Below, piece by piece: positions 1-10,509 of a DNA stretch of 64,000 bases. Each line of letters starts with the position of its first letter. Position 1 is the stretch's first letter. The notes below the pieces were generated by a model. That model was not told the origin of the DNA, made no database searches, and worked only from the letters and a program-made list of their open reading frames with translations. This stretch comes from an uncultured Nitrospiraceae bacterium. Lineage in GTDB: Bacteria > Nitrospirota > Thermodesulfovibrionia > Thermodesulfovibrionales > Dissulfurispiraceae. The DNA is taken from the NCBI GenBank assembly GCA_963727805.1, contig CAVSHF010000003.1:1088001-1152000 (forward strand), written 5' to 3'. Made by a program: the position numbers and the translations under genes.

Positions 1-284
1 CGTCTAACTCTGAGCAGTTGATACAATGAATACCGATTTTTTCCAAAGGCGTTGATTTGCGATTCAATAATCAAATGTTGATCGTTTTCGAAGTCTGACC
101 TATTGGGGTCCGAGGCTCGGCCGAATTATTTTTGTTATTGCATCACCGCCACTTTATGAAAAATACCATGTCCAATTTGTCACTCCCAGAAAGATAACTA
201 GGGCGAGAAAGATTATGCACTAAAAGAGGATTAATATCCGTGGTATAAAAACCCTTCGGAATACATTTAAATTCCAAGTAGTTA

Positions 285-311
285 TGGTCGGAGCGATCCG
301 ATTTGAACGGA
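285..311 (-). repeat. att-like copy of tRNA-Pro 3' end
   Basis: TGGTCGGAGCGATCCGATTTGAACGGA matches the tRNA end at 48866-48892 in 26/27 nt, same orientation. Confidence 0.85.
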
Positions 312-585
312 TTTTCGCCCTGCCATTCTTTTCTTATATTTAAATATGTTATGCCATCTTAAAGCCCTAAAATCGGTGGAGTGGACGTAGAGTGGACTGG
401 ACGTTGATCGCATGACAAAAACTATGTGTTAGTGGCCTTAAAATCGCTTTGGTGAGGATCTGTCGCCCAAAAGTACCTACTGATGATGACCATCGACGCT
501 GCCGGCATCAGATATGGTGATTTGCGAAAATAACTGCTACAGAAGAATCCGTCCAACATTTTGACCTTTGATGGACAACGCATAC

Positions 586-629
586 TTGACAAACATCAGT
601 TCGGAAAGTAAAGTAGTTGCATATACAAC
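586..629 (+). promoter_or_regulatory. sigma70-type promoter with putative MarR operator
   Basis: TTGACA(586)-17 bp-TAAAGT(609), followed by near-palindrome GTTGCATATACAAC (616-629); GTTGCATATACA recurs at 1121-1132. Confidence 0.6.
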
Positions 630-641
630 ACTAGAGCAGGC

Positions 642-1100
642 ATGGACGAAAAACAGACATTAAAACTTATCGAAACAGTGGGCCGGGAGTGCCTTGCTGG
701 TCGTGTACGCAAGCTCAGTCGCGTGATCACCGGAATATATGACAGGACCATGCAGCCCCATGGGATCAAAGTTAACCAGGCAGGCATCTTGATCATGCTC
801 TCTCTCGTCGAGAAACCGACGGCTGGCGATATATGCCGATATTTTCAGATGGAAAAATCAACAGTCAGCCGCAACGTCGAACGCATGAGGAAACAGGGCT
901 GGATAGAAGCCAGCGAAGGAGAGGGGACTCTTTCTCAGGTACTCACGGTCACTCCGAAAGGGAAAAAGATGCTGGCTGATATTTATGGAAAATGGGAAAA
1001 GGCCCAGAGAGAGGTGTCCGAATTGCTGGGCGAAGATGGTGTGAAGGCGATCCACATCCTGACTGGCCGCCTCTCAGAACCAAAGGAGAGAGAGAAATAA
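642..1100 (+). CDS. MarR family transcriptional regulator
   Basis: 152 aa winged-HTH pattern (MEKSTVSRNVERMRKQGWI...LTVTPKG). Confidence 0.9.
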   Translation: MDEKQTLKLIETVGRECLAGRVRKLSRVITGIYDRTMQPHGIKVNQAGILIMLSLVEKPTAGDICRYFQMEKSTVSRNVERMRKQGWIEASEGEGTLSQVLTVTPKGKKMLADIYGKWEKAQREVSELLGEDGVKAIHILTGRLSEPKEREK

Positions 1101-1147
1101 GACATTTTTTTGGATTAGAGGTTGCATATACACCCAAGGGAGACGGC

Positions 1148-2488
1148 ATGCAAAATCTGAATGGGCACCCAGCAGTAAAACGCTATTATGAAAAGAAGGG
1201 TGGAAGCAAAGGTGTCAATATGGCGTCCAAGCTCAGTCATAACGACATCCGGCGGATGTGTCTTGAATTCGGCGCTGACGACATAGGTTTTGTAGAGATC
1301 GATAGACCGGAGCTTGACGATCAGCGAGACGATATCCTGAAGATGTTTCCATGGACAAAATCATTGGTGAGTTTTGTCGGACGACTCAACCGGGAAAACC
1401 TGAGAAGCCCAGCCCGCTCTGTATCAAGCTTGGAACTGAATAAGGTCAGCGATAAACTTGAAGATACGTCTCACAAATTGGTGGCCTATCTGGAACGCAT
1501 TGGGGTGAAAAGCGTCGCACCTGCTGTAGGGTTCCCAATGGAAATGGACCAATGGCTTGGAAAGATATTTGTTGTTTCTCACAAACCGGTCGCAGTAGCG
1601 GCTGGACTCGGGCAGATGGGACTGCATCGTAGTGTTATACATCCGGTCTTCGGCAGTTTTGTGTTGCTCAACACTGTGCTAATCGAAGCAGCTATGGACG
1701 AATATAACGCTCCACTTGATTACAATCCCTGTCTCGGATGCAGACTCTGTTCAGCCGCCTGTCCCACTGGCGCAATCGAGCCGGACGGCTATTATAACCC
1801 TGCAAACTGCATGACACACACTTACCGGGAACTGATCGGAGGCTTTACTGACTGGGTCGAAAATATCGCGAACAGTAAAAACTCGTGTGATTATAGAAGC
1901 AAGGTGAGCGATGCCGAGACCGTATCCATGTGGCAGAGTCTGGCGAATGGGCCGTGTTACAAGTCCGTCTATTGTATGGCGGTATGCCCAGCTGGAGAGG
2001 ATGTTATGCCTGAGTTTCTTACTGACAGGAAGAAATATATAAAAGACGTCGTAAAGCCGCTGCAGGATAAGGAAGAGACAGTCTATGTCCTTCCAGGCTC
2101 CGATGCCGAAAGTCACGTGCTCCGCGCGTTCCCCCACAAAAAAATTAAGCGTGTTAATAACGGCGTCAGGCCGCCTTCAATCAAGTCCTTCCTCGGCGCC
2201 ATCCCAATAGCGTTTCAACGTAATAAGTCGGCAGGGATTGATGCCACTTATCACTTCACTTTTTCAGGAGAAGAACATGTATCGGCAACAGTCACTATTA
2301 CTAACAAAACCGTAACTGTCAAAAAAGGACATGAAGGCGTTGCTGATATTCACATAAAGGCCGACAGCAGTGCTTGGTTGAGGGTGCTGCATAAAGACAG
2401 CCCGATGCTAAAAGAAATTGTTTTCAGGAACATACGGGTCAAGGGACCGATAAGGCTGTTGAAGGCATTCGGGAACTGTTTCGCATAG
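1148..2488 (+). CDS. QueG/reductive dehalogenase-like 4Fe-4S protein with C-terminal SCP2 domain
   Basis: SHKPVAVAAGLG motif, CxxCxxCxxxCP and a later CxxxCP; SCP2-like tail (YHFTFSGEE...ADIHIKADS); start moved to ATG 1148 behind GGGAG RBS. Confidence 0.75.
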   Translation: MQNLNGHPAVKRYYEKKGGSKGVNMASKLSHNDIRRMCLEFGADDIGFVEIDRPELDDQRDDILKMFPWTKSLVSFVGRLNRENLRSPARSVSSLELNKVSDKLEDTSHKLVAYLERIGVKSVAPAVGFPMEMDQWLGKIFVVSHKPVAVAAGLGQMGLHRSVIHPVFGSFVLLNTVLIEAAMDEYNAPLDYNPCLGCRLCSAACPTGAIEPDGYYNPANCMTHTYRELIGGFTDWVENIANSKNSCDYRSKVSDAETVSMWQSLANGPCYKSVYCMAVCPAGEDVMPEFLTDRKKYIKDVVKPLQDKEETVYVLPGSDAESHVLRAFPHKKIKRVNNGVRPPSIKSFLGAIPIAFQRNKSAGIDATYHFTFSGEEHVSATVTITNKTVTVKKGHEGVADIHIKADSSAWLRVLHKDSPMLKEIVFRNIRVKGPIRLLKAFGNCFA

Positions 2489-2854
2489 AAATGTTTCAAT
2501 AATGTCCAGATTGCTTATGTGCATTCTAAGTAGTACAGTGGTCGGTTCTCAATAACACCTGATAATCATCGAAGTTACCGGTACTAGGAATTTAGTGATT
2601 CCTAGAAAAAATATTGCATGATGATACTTGTGATATTACAATTTGCATTGAATCATTGATCAGCCGACAATTATATATATATCTGCTCGGCACAAGGAAT
2701 AAAATAATCATCGGGCAATAATTAGCGTTCCCTCTTTTTATTCCCAGGCTAAGGTAAGGAATAACCCCCTCTTTGGCAACCTGCCATCTCTTGTTATACT
2801 TACAAACATAAGATTCCGGACTACCACGATCATTACTTCAAGAGGAGGATATTT

Positions 2855-3487
2855 ATGGCTCGTTTACTTTATATTGAGGCTTCGCCAAGAAAAGACCGTT
2901 CAGCTTCCATCGAAGTTGCCAAGGCCTTTATTGAAGCCTACAAGGTTTCGCATCAGGGTGATGTCATTGATACTATAGATCTCTGGAAGGCAGACCTGCC
3001 GCCTTTTGACGGCGATACAGTCAACGCTAAATACTCGATCCTTCATGGCCAGCCGAAGACCCCTGCTGAGGAGAAGGCATGGAAGGCGATCGAGCGGATC
3101 ATAGCTGATTTCAAATCAGCGGACAAGTACCTTTTTTCGCTGCCGATGTGGAATTTCGGCATCCCGTACAAGCTGAAACATTATATAGATATACTTGTCC
3201 AGCCGTCCTATACATTTTCTTACTCCCCCGCGGAAGGCTATAAGGGCATGGTGACAGGCAAACCGGTAGCGATAGCGTATGCCCGAGGAGGCTCTTATCC
3301 AAAGGGTACGCCCGAGATGTCTTACGATTTCCAGATACCCTACTTCCAACTGGTACTCGGCTTTATCGGGTTCACAGATGTTAAGCAGATAGTGGTCGAA
3401 CCGATGCTCATGGCCGAACCTCGTCAGAAACAGGATATCATGGAAGTCGCGCGGAAAGAGGCCCGGTTCATAGCTCAAAATTTCTGA
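2855..3487 (+). CDS. azoR: FMN-dependent NADH-azoreductase
   Basis: ASPR...S, PMWNFGIPYKLKHYID, ARGG, FIG motifs of the flavodoxin_2/AcpD family. Confidence 0.88.
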   Translation: MARLLYIEASPRKDRSASIEVAKAFIEAYKVSHQGDVIDTIDLWKADLPPFDGDTVNAKYSILHGQPKTPAEEKAWKAIERIIADFKSADKYLFSLPMWNFGIPYKLKHYIDILVQPSYTFSYSPAEGYKGMVTGKPVAIAYARGGSYPKGTPEMSYDFQIPYFQLVLGFIGFTDVKQIVVEPMLMAEPRQKQDIMEVARKEARFIAQNF

Positions 3488-4127
3488 AGATATGATAGCT
3501 GTACATTGATCATTCTGCATAACAAAGAGGGAGCGCTTTGAGTCGGGCTACGGTGTTAGACATGCAAACGTGTATTTATAAGTTATAATGAAAAGAGAAG
3601 TGCGTTGTTACTTAGGATGCAAATCTTCGATAGTTTCTTATGATACTCAGCATCTGACCAGCTTTATGAAGGGTGCAGCATAGGACGCTTGGCCGAGCAA
3701 GACCTCTCAGAATTACCTTTTAAACGAAGCACCTATGCCTTTCATGGCAGCCTAGCGATTGCTGTGATGATCTGAGGTAGATGCTAACACATACTAATAA
3801 TCGAGAGGGACCTCAGTATCATAAAATCGATGATTAGCAAAATAATTTGGTATTCCCAGGCAATTCTGACAAGGCGTGATGCTTCCTAGACGCAGCGTGG
3901 CTGACATGCTTGTGAGCTCTACTATTATAGATTGAACTTGATAATTAAGCGCCTTCTCCAAATTCTCTGGGAGTCATTAATCTCAAAATAGTTGTTTGAT
4001 TGAAAGGCTGGCCGTTCAGTGATATTCTGTAACAAGAAGGGAAGCTCCCGCAACAGAGACTAAAATATTTGCGCGGTAGCAGTTATATGCATTAATACAC
4101 AACATGCATGAGAAAGGAGAACAGAGC

Positions 4128-4448
4128 ATGAAATACTTAGTGATCGGTTCTGGAGGACCTGGGTTTGCCAATTCAGAAGAAGCAGTCAGTGTGCTTCAGG
4201 AAATAATACTTCCAAGTTTTGATAAACTCATTGGGCTTGAGAAAAAGAAAAAAATCCTTGCTGGTGGACTCCCTGTGGGAGATAGGGCATTCGTGTTCAT
4301 AGCTGAAGCAGCTTCGAACGAAGAATTAGATCAACTGCTTCGAGAGCTTCCTATGTGGGGCGCTTTAGATTGGGAAGTCACCCCCCTTCAAACATTCGCC
4401 GGCAGAGCAGCCCAAGAAAGAAATATAGTCAGAGAACTTAAGAAGTAG
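4128..4448 (+). CDS. muconolactone isomerase/YCII-like dimeric alpha+beta barrel protein
   Basis: C-terminal AASNEELDQLLRELPMW...WEVTPL pattern; AAGGAG RBS. Confidence 0.55.
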   Translation: MKYLVIGSGGPGFANSEEAVSVLQEIILPSFDKLIGLEKKKKILAGGLPVGDRAFVFIAEAASNEELDQLLRELPMWGALDWEVTPLQTFAGRAAQERNIVRELKK

Positions 4449-4456
4449 CGATCCCC

Positions 4457-4490
4457 AAACGGGGATGCGGTTCTGACTGTATCCCCGTTT
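4457..4490 (+). terminator. strong hairpin after ORF
   Basis: AAACGGGGATGCGGT-tctg-ACTGTATCCCCGTTT inverted repeat 8 bp after the stop codon. Confidence 0.55.
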
Positions 4491-5249
4491 AGGTCTGTTA
4501 GGCTGTGATGCAGAAATGACAATACCTGATAGTTCTCACCGAGGACACATCGTCAAAGATGTTGAGTTCCCCAATAATGTGTCACAAATGGTTTGCGGTG
4601 TGCATACCGTCAAGAGACATGATACATTCTTACACTGTCCAAGAAGAGCTTTTGGCAAAGTTTCAGAGAAGGTTGGATCAAAGGACTGGCCTTCTCCTCT
4701 TCGCATATGCCATACATCTGAAGCACGAGTAAGGGTAACATAGAGTGACATACTGTAACCACAGCCGCACAGACCCTAACGAGTGAACGCCTTGTCAGAG
4801 GAAGTCTTCATTTACTGATGAGGCGTTCACCTGCAGACTAGTTTCAAAAAGTAGTTTAACTTTTTCCCCTGCAGTGTCTTCACGCTTGTAACCTTCTGCT
4901 TATCTTTTTCGTCTAACCATATTAATAGCAGATATACTGTCATTGGAGGAAGTGTAATGAGGGGGCCAAATCGTTTTTCAGTACTTACTGTCGCAGTTTC
5001 GTTGGAATTAGAAGACTCTGAAACGAACCATTGAAGGTTGAGACAATAGATAAAGAGAGAGGGTATAATTACGTCCCTCGAAGGGCACGCGCCTTTTTAA
5101 GGTCTTGTAAATCAAGCTTTTTTCCCCAATTCGCACTCACAATGTTTCGCTTTGTTTGCAAAGGAGAAAAGGATCGAGAGGGACGAGGAGGCCTTTTGAT
5201 GCGAAAGGTGCATCAAAAAGAGTATCAACTTTGTAAACGGGAGAGAAAA

Positions 5250-5720
5250 ATGGCAAGATACATAAGAACGTTGTGCTTATTGGTTGTTGGTGCACTGCTT
5301 TTAGTCTTAATAGGAGCTGCAACCCGAAGTGAGACGGGGGTAAATGTAAATATAATCTCCCATCCATCGGGTTTACTGCTCGGCCCGACTTGGTTGTGAT
5401 ACCTGGAACGTATGTTTGCATTGTCCCTGATGTTGCTGCATATGTTCTATTTTTTTAAGACTACTGGTGGCGGCCTCATGAAGGGCACTGGTACAGATCC
5501 TGGGACTATAAAGGATTGTGGGGGCACATCGAGCCTGGGAGGTTTCCCAATGGATTGAGAGCACTGCCACAGGACTATCGCCATCGTTTATCGTCTGGAT
5601 ACGAACGTTTGCACAATGGCGACATGCAAAAGAACTGGATAAAATGGGAGAAGGAATAACATTGGGACAGACGAGATGAGCAAGACCGCGTAGGACGGGA
5701 TGAACAAAGAGGCTGGTATT
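5250..5720 (+). pseudogene. decayed secreted Trp-rich hypothetical protein
   Basis: signal peptide + GVNVNI, then frameshift to VVIPGTYV...FF*DYWWRPHEGHWYRS...KNWIKWEKE*HWD with in-frame stops; end approximate. Confidence 0.6.
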
Positions 5721-5793
5721 AAACTTACAAAAAAGAAAGCCGAGTTTGATGCTTTTCCATCATCCTGCTCACAAAACATGAGGAGAAACACTT

Positions 5794-7824
5794 TTGAGAA
5801 GCCTTATTATTCGTAAACTGGTTATTCAAACTGCGCTAGGAATATCACTCATACTCCTGATTCTCGGGGTATCCCGATTCCTTATGCTATTCAACTTCGG
5901 AAATGCTTCTGTACTTGCAGGCCACAGCAATGACCTGATTCGAATGTTCTTTCGCGGATCGCGCTTTGACCTACGTGTGGCGACAATAGCTCACGCGCCA
6001 TTTTTGCTATTGGGATTTCTCTTATTACCATGGACCTCGCTTGCCCAGTCTTACATAAAGAAATTACATTATGTTGCTGCGTTGCTTGGACTGGCGGCCT
6101 TTGTGGCAGCGGTTTTCAATTATTATTACTATGCGACCTACGGAAGTTATTTCAACGTATTCATTTTTGGTCTGGTTGAGGAGGAAACCCATTCCGTCCT
6201 AATAAATATATGGGATGACTACCCCATACTTCGCTTCATTGCCAGTACGTTTTTTTTAGGATTTATATTCGAACGCACCATGAAGTGGCTGTGGAATAGG
6301 CTGGATAAGCAAGCATGGCAACCATGGTCGAAAATCTCAACGACCATATTTACCGTCATTATTATTCTTTGTTATGCAGTAGGCACTCGCGGCTCCGTAG
6401 GCACATTTCCATTACGAAGAGATGATGCCCAAGTCTCAAATCTCCAACTTATTAATATGGTAACACCAAATGCTGTGGTGGCACTGAGTTGGGCGATATC
6501 GGATCATAGAAAGGACAGCCGTTATCCGATAGCAGAAGACAATGAAGGACAAAAACTTTTTTCTAAATTCCTTGGATACTCAATACCAAAGAGTGAGGTT
6601 ACCTTGCAGCAGTTTGCCGATCGCACTCCGAAAAATCTTTACCTTGAACAGCACCCTCCACATGTTGTCTTTGCCGTCATGGAAAGCCTGAGCAATCATT
6701 TGTTAACCTATGACGCTCCTCCCAGAAGAGACCTTCTTGGTGCGTGGCGAAAGTACTGGCAGAGTGATTACACTTTCAGACGTTTTGTGTCGGATGGAAA
6801 TGGCACCATGGACTCGTTAGCTCGCTTGCTGGTTTCGAGCCCCGTAAAAAACATCGGTCAATCAAGGGCGCAACGTACACCTTTTGAAAGTAATCTTGTG
6901 CGACCCTACAAGGTTAAGGGATACCGCACTATTTTTATCACGTCAGGTAGCGGTTCCTGGTGTAATCTGTCCTCATTTCTAAAACATCTTGGCTTCGATG
7001 AAGTTATTGAGCAGAACGATCTTGTCAATCGCTATTCTGCAGCAAAGCTGGGCACATGGGGTACATTTGACGAATTCAGTTTTCGTTATGCAGAGGAGCG
7101 TTTGGAGGAAGCAGACAAAAAGGGAGAAAAGTTATTCATTATGATTTTGAGTATCACGAATCACCCACCGTATGCGGTCCCCTCTAGCTTTAAACAACCT
7201 CCCCATGAATTGGATGAGTCGATGCGTCAACGACTTTCTGCACTTTCTCCTAATATTGACCTCATGATTGCAACTTTCCAGTATGCAAATGATTCAATCG
7301 GCCACTTCATACAACAGATTGAAAAAAAAGGTATTGGAGATCATACCATGATAGCCGTAACTGGTGACCACAATATGCGCGTCATTGGCTACCCTGATCC
7401 AAAAGAATGTGTATTGCAATACTCAGTACCCTTCTTTCTTCATGTTCCACATAAATACCAACAACAATTACCAGGACTTGTATATGACCCAAAGCGCGTT
7501 GGTAGCCATAAGGACATCATGCCAACGCTGTATGCTTTGAGTCTTTCAGATACCCCTTATTATCGCAGAGGGGTCAATCTACTGGCAAAAAATGTCAGTT
7601 CACCTTGGTATTTCGCATACAATGAAGCGATCGGACTTTCCGAGGAGGGAGCTTATCCACTTACAGGGCAGCCTGCGTTCTATCCCTGGCGAGACGGGAC
7701 TGGCTTGATGGTTGTGGCTGGTGGAAATTTAGACAGTGAACATCGAAGAGAGTTTGATCGAATCATGTCTTACAAATCACTCTTGCGTTGGCAGTTGAAT
7801 CGCCAAGTGAATCGTCAACCGTAA
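5794..7824 (+). CDS. LTA synthase family (membrane sulfatase/phosphoglycerol transferase)
   Basis: about 5 N-terminal TM helices; VVFAVMES, TNHPPY, GDH motifs. Confidence 0.85.
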   Translation: MRSLIIRKLVIQTALGISLILLILGVSRFLMLFNFGNASVLAGHSNDLIRMFFRGSRFDLRVATIAHAPFLLLGFLLLPWTSLAQSYIKKLHYVAALLGLAAFVAAVFNYYYYATYGSYFNVFIFGLVEEETHSVLINIWDDYPILRFIASTFFLGFIFERTMKWLWNRLDKQAWQPWSKISTTIFTVIIILCYAVGTRGSVGTFPLRRDDAQVSNLQLINMVTPNAVVALSWAISDHRKDSRYPIAEDNEGQKLFSKFLGYSIPKSEVTLQQFADRTPKNLYLEQHPPHVVFAVMESLSNHLLTYDAPPRRDLLGAWRKYWQSDYTFRRFVSDGNGTMDSLARLLVSSPVKNIGQSRAQRTPFESNLVRPYKVKGYRTIFITSGSGSWCNLSSFLKHLGFDEVIEQNDLVNRYSAAKLGTWGTFDEFSFRYAEERLEEADKKGEKLFIMILSITNHPPYAVPSSFKQPPHELDESMRQRLSALSPNIDLMIATFQYANDSIGHFIQQIEKKGIGDHTMIAVTGDHNMRVIGYPDPKECVLQYSVPFFLHVPHKYQQQLPGLVYDPKRVGSHKDIMPTLYALSLSDTPYYRRGVNLLAKNVSSPWYFAYNEAIGLSEEGAYPLTGQPAFYPWRDGTGLMVVAGGNLDSEHRREFDRIMSYKSLLRWQLNRQVNRQP

Positions 7825-8100
7825 CGTATTTGGCGATTCGCTGCTATGAAGACGGCGCAGTTTTGAGTCGCCCCCAGATTATTTTCTACCCAGCAATATA
7901 TTCAGGATACTTCTCCACGATTGTTTGCTATGAGTTATTATTTCCCCAAAGGCAATTTCGGAGTAAGCTGCAGCGCATGAAGTGAGCTGTTAATCAACGC
8001 CTTCGATTGCCCCGCCACCGACGTTCATCTTTGACCTGGGCTATTCTTAACTACTTTCTTTAAAAGACTCGTGTTTTTTGTGCATTAGGTGTTTACTTGC

Positions 8101-8220
8101 CTGGAAAAGCGCGCTGCCTATAGGTATGTTAAAAATGAGAAGGCAGCTCAGCAGGAAATTATGCATCAGTGGGGTCATGACAATGTACGAACTCAGAAGC
8201 ATTATATTGTCGACAATTAG
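8101..8220 (+). pseudogene. tyrosine integrase C-terminal remnant (putative)
   Basis: IMHQWGHDNVRTQKHY resembles box II (LGHxxxxTTxxY); ends 70 bp before the att-like site. Confidence 0.45.
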
Positions 8221-8290
8221 GATGGTTACCCACGTGGCACCTGCGTGGCTTAAAATAACGCTTGCAAAACCATTGAATTACATGGGCTTT

Positions 8291-8317
8291 TGGTCGGAGC
8301 GAGCCGATTTGAACGGA
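8291..8317 (-). repeat. att-like copy of tRNA-Pro 3' end
   Basis: TGGTCGGAGCGAGCCGATTTGAACGGA, 25/27 identical to the tRNA end; flanked by CGTGGC x2 (8233, 8244) and TACATCCGTGG x2 (8379, 8390). Confidence 0.85.
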
Positions 8318-8794
8318 TAATGTCTTGTCTAATTTAGCTTTTTTGCAAGTACTTAGTAAGATTACATAGTGCCATATTTACATCCGTGGTACATCCGTGG
8401 ATGCTATTTCCCGCTAAGGAATTCAAACCGCCCCACTCTACTAATCTATGCGCAAATTAGCACACAAAAAAGTTTAAGCCGAAGGCGATTCAACGAATTA
8501 CATTATGGGGGGTATTACCTTTTTTGCTAATTTTTTACATTTTGCAGGCAATCTCTGCCCAAACGTAGACTTTCGATTACGTAACTTTTCACCGTATAGT
8601 CGCAATAACTCACAATAACCGAGCCTGACAGTTTTCTGTCACCGGTGAGATATTTTTTCAGAAATTATTATCAATTGAAAGCCTCTTCGTATTATTTACG
8701 TGCAGACCCTATGATTAAAAAGTAGAAGACAATCCCCCAATCGGGTATGTAGTATCTGGACAGAAGCAACAAACCGACAGAAGGAGGACTTGTC

Positions 8795-9163
8795 ATGAAT
8801 AAGATTAGCAAACTCAGTTCTAAGGGTCAACAGATTTATGTTGGGATGCATGTTCATAAGAAGAGCTGGAGCATAAGTATTCTTACGGATAAGTTTGAAC
8901 ATAAGACTTTTACGCAACTTCCTGGGTAGGCACACTGGTGAATTATCTCAAGCACAATTTTCCCGGCGCGTCATATAAATCGGTTTATGAAGCTGGCTAC
9001 TGTGGTTTCTGGCTTCACGATCGCCTGCAAGAGCGCGGGTTATAGTCAATCCGGCCGATGTACCTACGAAGGACAAGGAACAGACAAAGAAAACCGATCA
9101 AGTGGACTGCCGCAAGCTGGCAAGAAGTCTCGGGAACGGAGAGATTGAGGGCATATATGTCCC
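8795..9163 (+). pseudogene. IS110 family transposase, truncated and frameshifted
   Basis: RBS + MNKI..IYVGMHVHKKSW, then VYEAGYCGFWLH and VNPADVP..KKTDQVDCRKLA in shifted frames. Confidence 0.8.
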
Positions 9164-9490
9164 CTATAAGGCGCATCATTTGACTGCCCTTCTCAACTGT
9201 TCGCCCTCGGGAAGCATGCTGAACGTGTTAACCTCCGTATCTCCAGTTGATTAAATGTCATATATCGACATTGGGTGCTTGAAGAAAATCCAAAAGGAGT
9301 GTCCGATGCACTCATGAACTTTCTGTGATACCTGAAGAAACCAAATCACACAGAAAGGACAAAGAAGGAAAGAAGGAACGAAAATAGGGGGAGATAAGAA
9401 TATTGAAGGAAACGTATAATTGTATACGGGTTGAGTAGTTCTTAGCATTAAGACTTTTACAATACGATGAAGTTGCAAAGGAGGTTTAAA

Positions 9491-10027
9491 ATGAAGAGAC
9501 TTACGTCGTTCACGATTATAATTCTCTTAGGTCTCGTACTCTGTCCTCTAACGGCCAGCGCAGGAGAGTACCAGAAAGGTGCGGTTACCCACTCCGGAGA
9601 CTTTGAAAAGATGAAAGGTTTAGTGGGCGTGTGGGAGGGGAAAGGAGACATGGGCAAGGGAATGGATAGCATCAAGGCAACCTATGAGCTTACTTCAGCC
9701 GGAAACGCCATTGTTGAGCGGCTCTTTGTTGGGCAACCCCATGAGATGGTCACTGTCTATCACGATTTTAAGGGAAAGTTGAGCATGACCCACTACTGCT
9801 CTCTAGGAAACCAGCCCCATATGGATCTCATGAATCCCGGCGAGAACACGATGATGTTCGTCCTGTCTAAGAAGAATCCCAACCTTTCGTCGGTGAAAGA
9901 GACTCATATGCATGCGCTTAAAATTTCGATGGGCAGCAAGGATAGCATCACCCAGACGTGGACGCTCTATGAAAAGGGAAAGAAGAAATCAGATACCGTG
10001 ATCAACTTGGTGCGCACAAAAGCCTGA
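9491..10027 (+). CDS. secreted hypothetical protein
   Basis: GGAGG RBS, signal peptide ending ASA, THYCSLGNQPHM motif. Confidence 0.7.
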   Translation: MKRLTSFTIIILLGLVLCPLTASAGEYQKGAVTHSGDFEKMKGLVGVWEGKGDMGKGMDSIKATYELTSAGNAIVERLFVGQPHEMVTVYHDFKGKLSMTHYCSLGNQPHMDLMNPGENTMMFVLSKKNPNLSSVKETHMHALKISMGSKDSITQTWTLYEKGKKKSDTVINLVRTKA

Positions 10028-10509
10028 GAGATTTTTGATATTTGTAAGTCAGCCAGGGGTTCTGTTGCAAGAAATCTGAGTGAAGAGGTTGCCGTCGCTT
10101 TATTGTGCTTCGACGTAAGTCGTGCCTCTGGAGAAACTCGTCGCCCAAGTTGCAATTCGTTCCAAAGGTCCGCAAGCAGCAAACTGCCGAAACTGCTAGC
10201 TTTTTTTACCGTTATCCTCAATAGTCAATAAATCCTGAAATAGCGGTGGAGTGGCTGTAACTGCCCTCGGCAGGTCTTTCCAAAGGCGTTTATTTCCGAA
10301 TGAACTGTTGCTAAAGTTTCGGTCTTCTGAAAGTGCGTAGTTGTCGGTGCACCAAACATCCAGAAGGAGCTGCCCGCCACTGATAGTTACGGGGCGAACA
10401 TCTCGCTTCTATCGATCCAGATCGCTGCGTGTTGCAAGAATTCACTCGCCGAAGCAGCGCCGATAGATTATTTCGAAGATAATCATCAGATTGCCGATAT
10501 TGGCGGCAC

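Noticed and set aside
285..311. Additional tRNA genes here and at 8291-8317
   Set aside because: Only the T-arm and 3' acceptor strand are present; no anticodon or D arm.
992..1147. N-terminal extension of the 498-aa ORF
   Set aside because: Overlaps marR; a better RBS and start exist at 1148.
4030..4090. Cobalamin-riboswitch-like GGGAA stretch
   Set aside because: No B12 box or supporting helices could be identified.
4774..4845. Second attC (CCCTAAC + hairpin)
   Set aside because: The hairpin is real but there is no GTT R' box at the required spacing.
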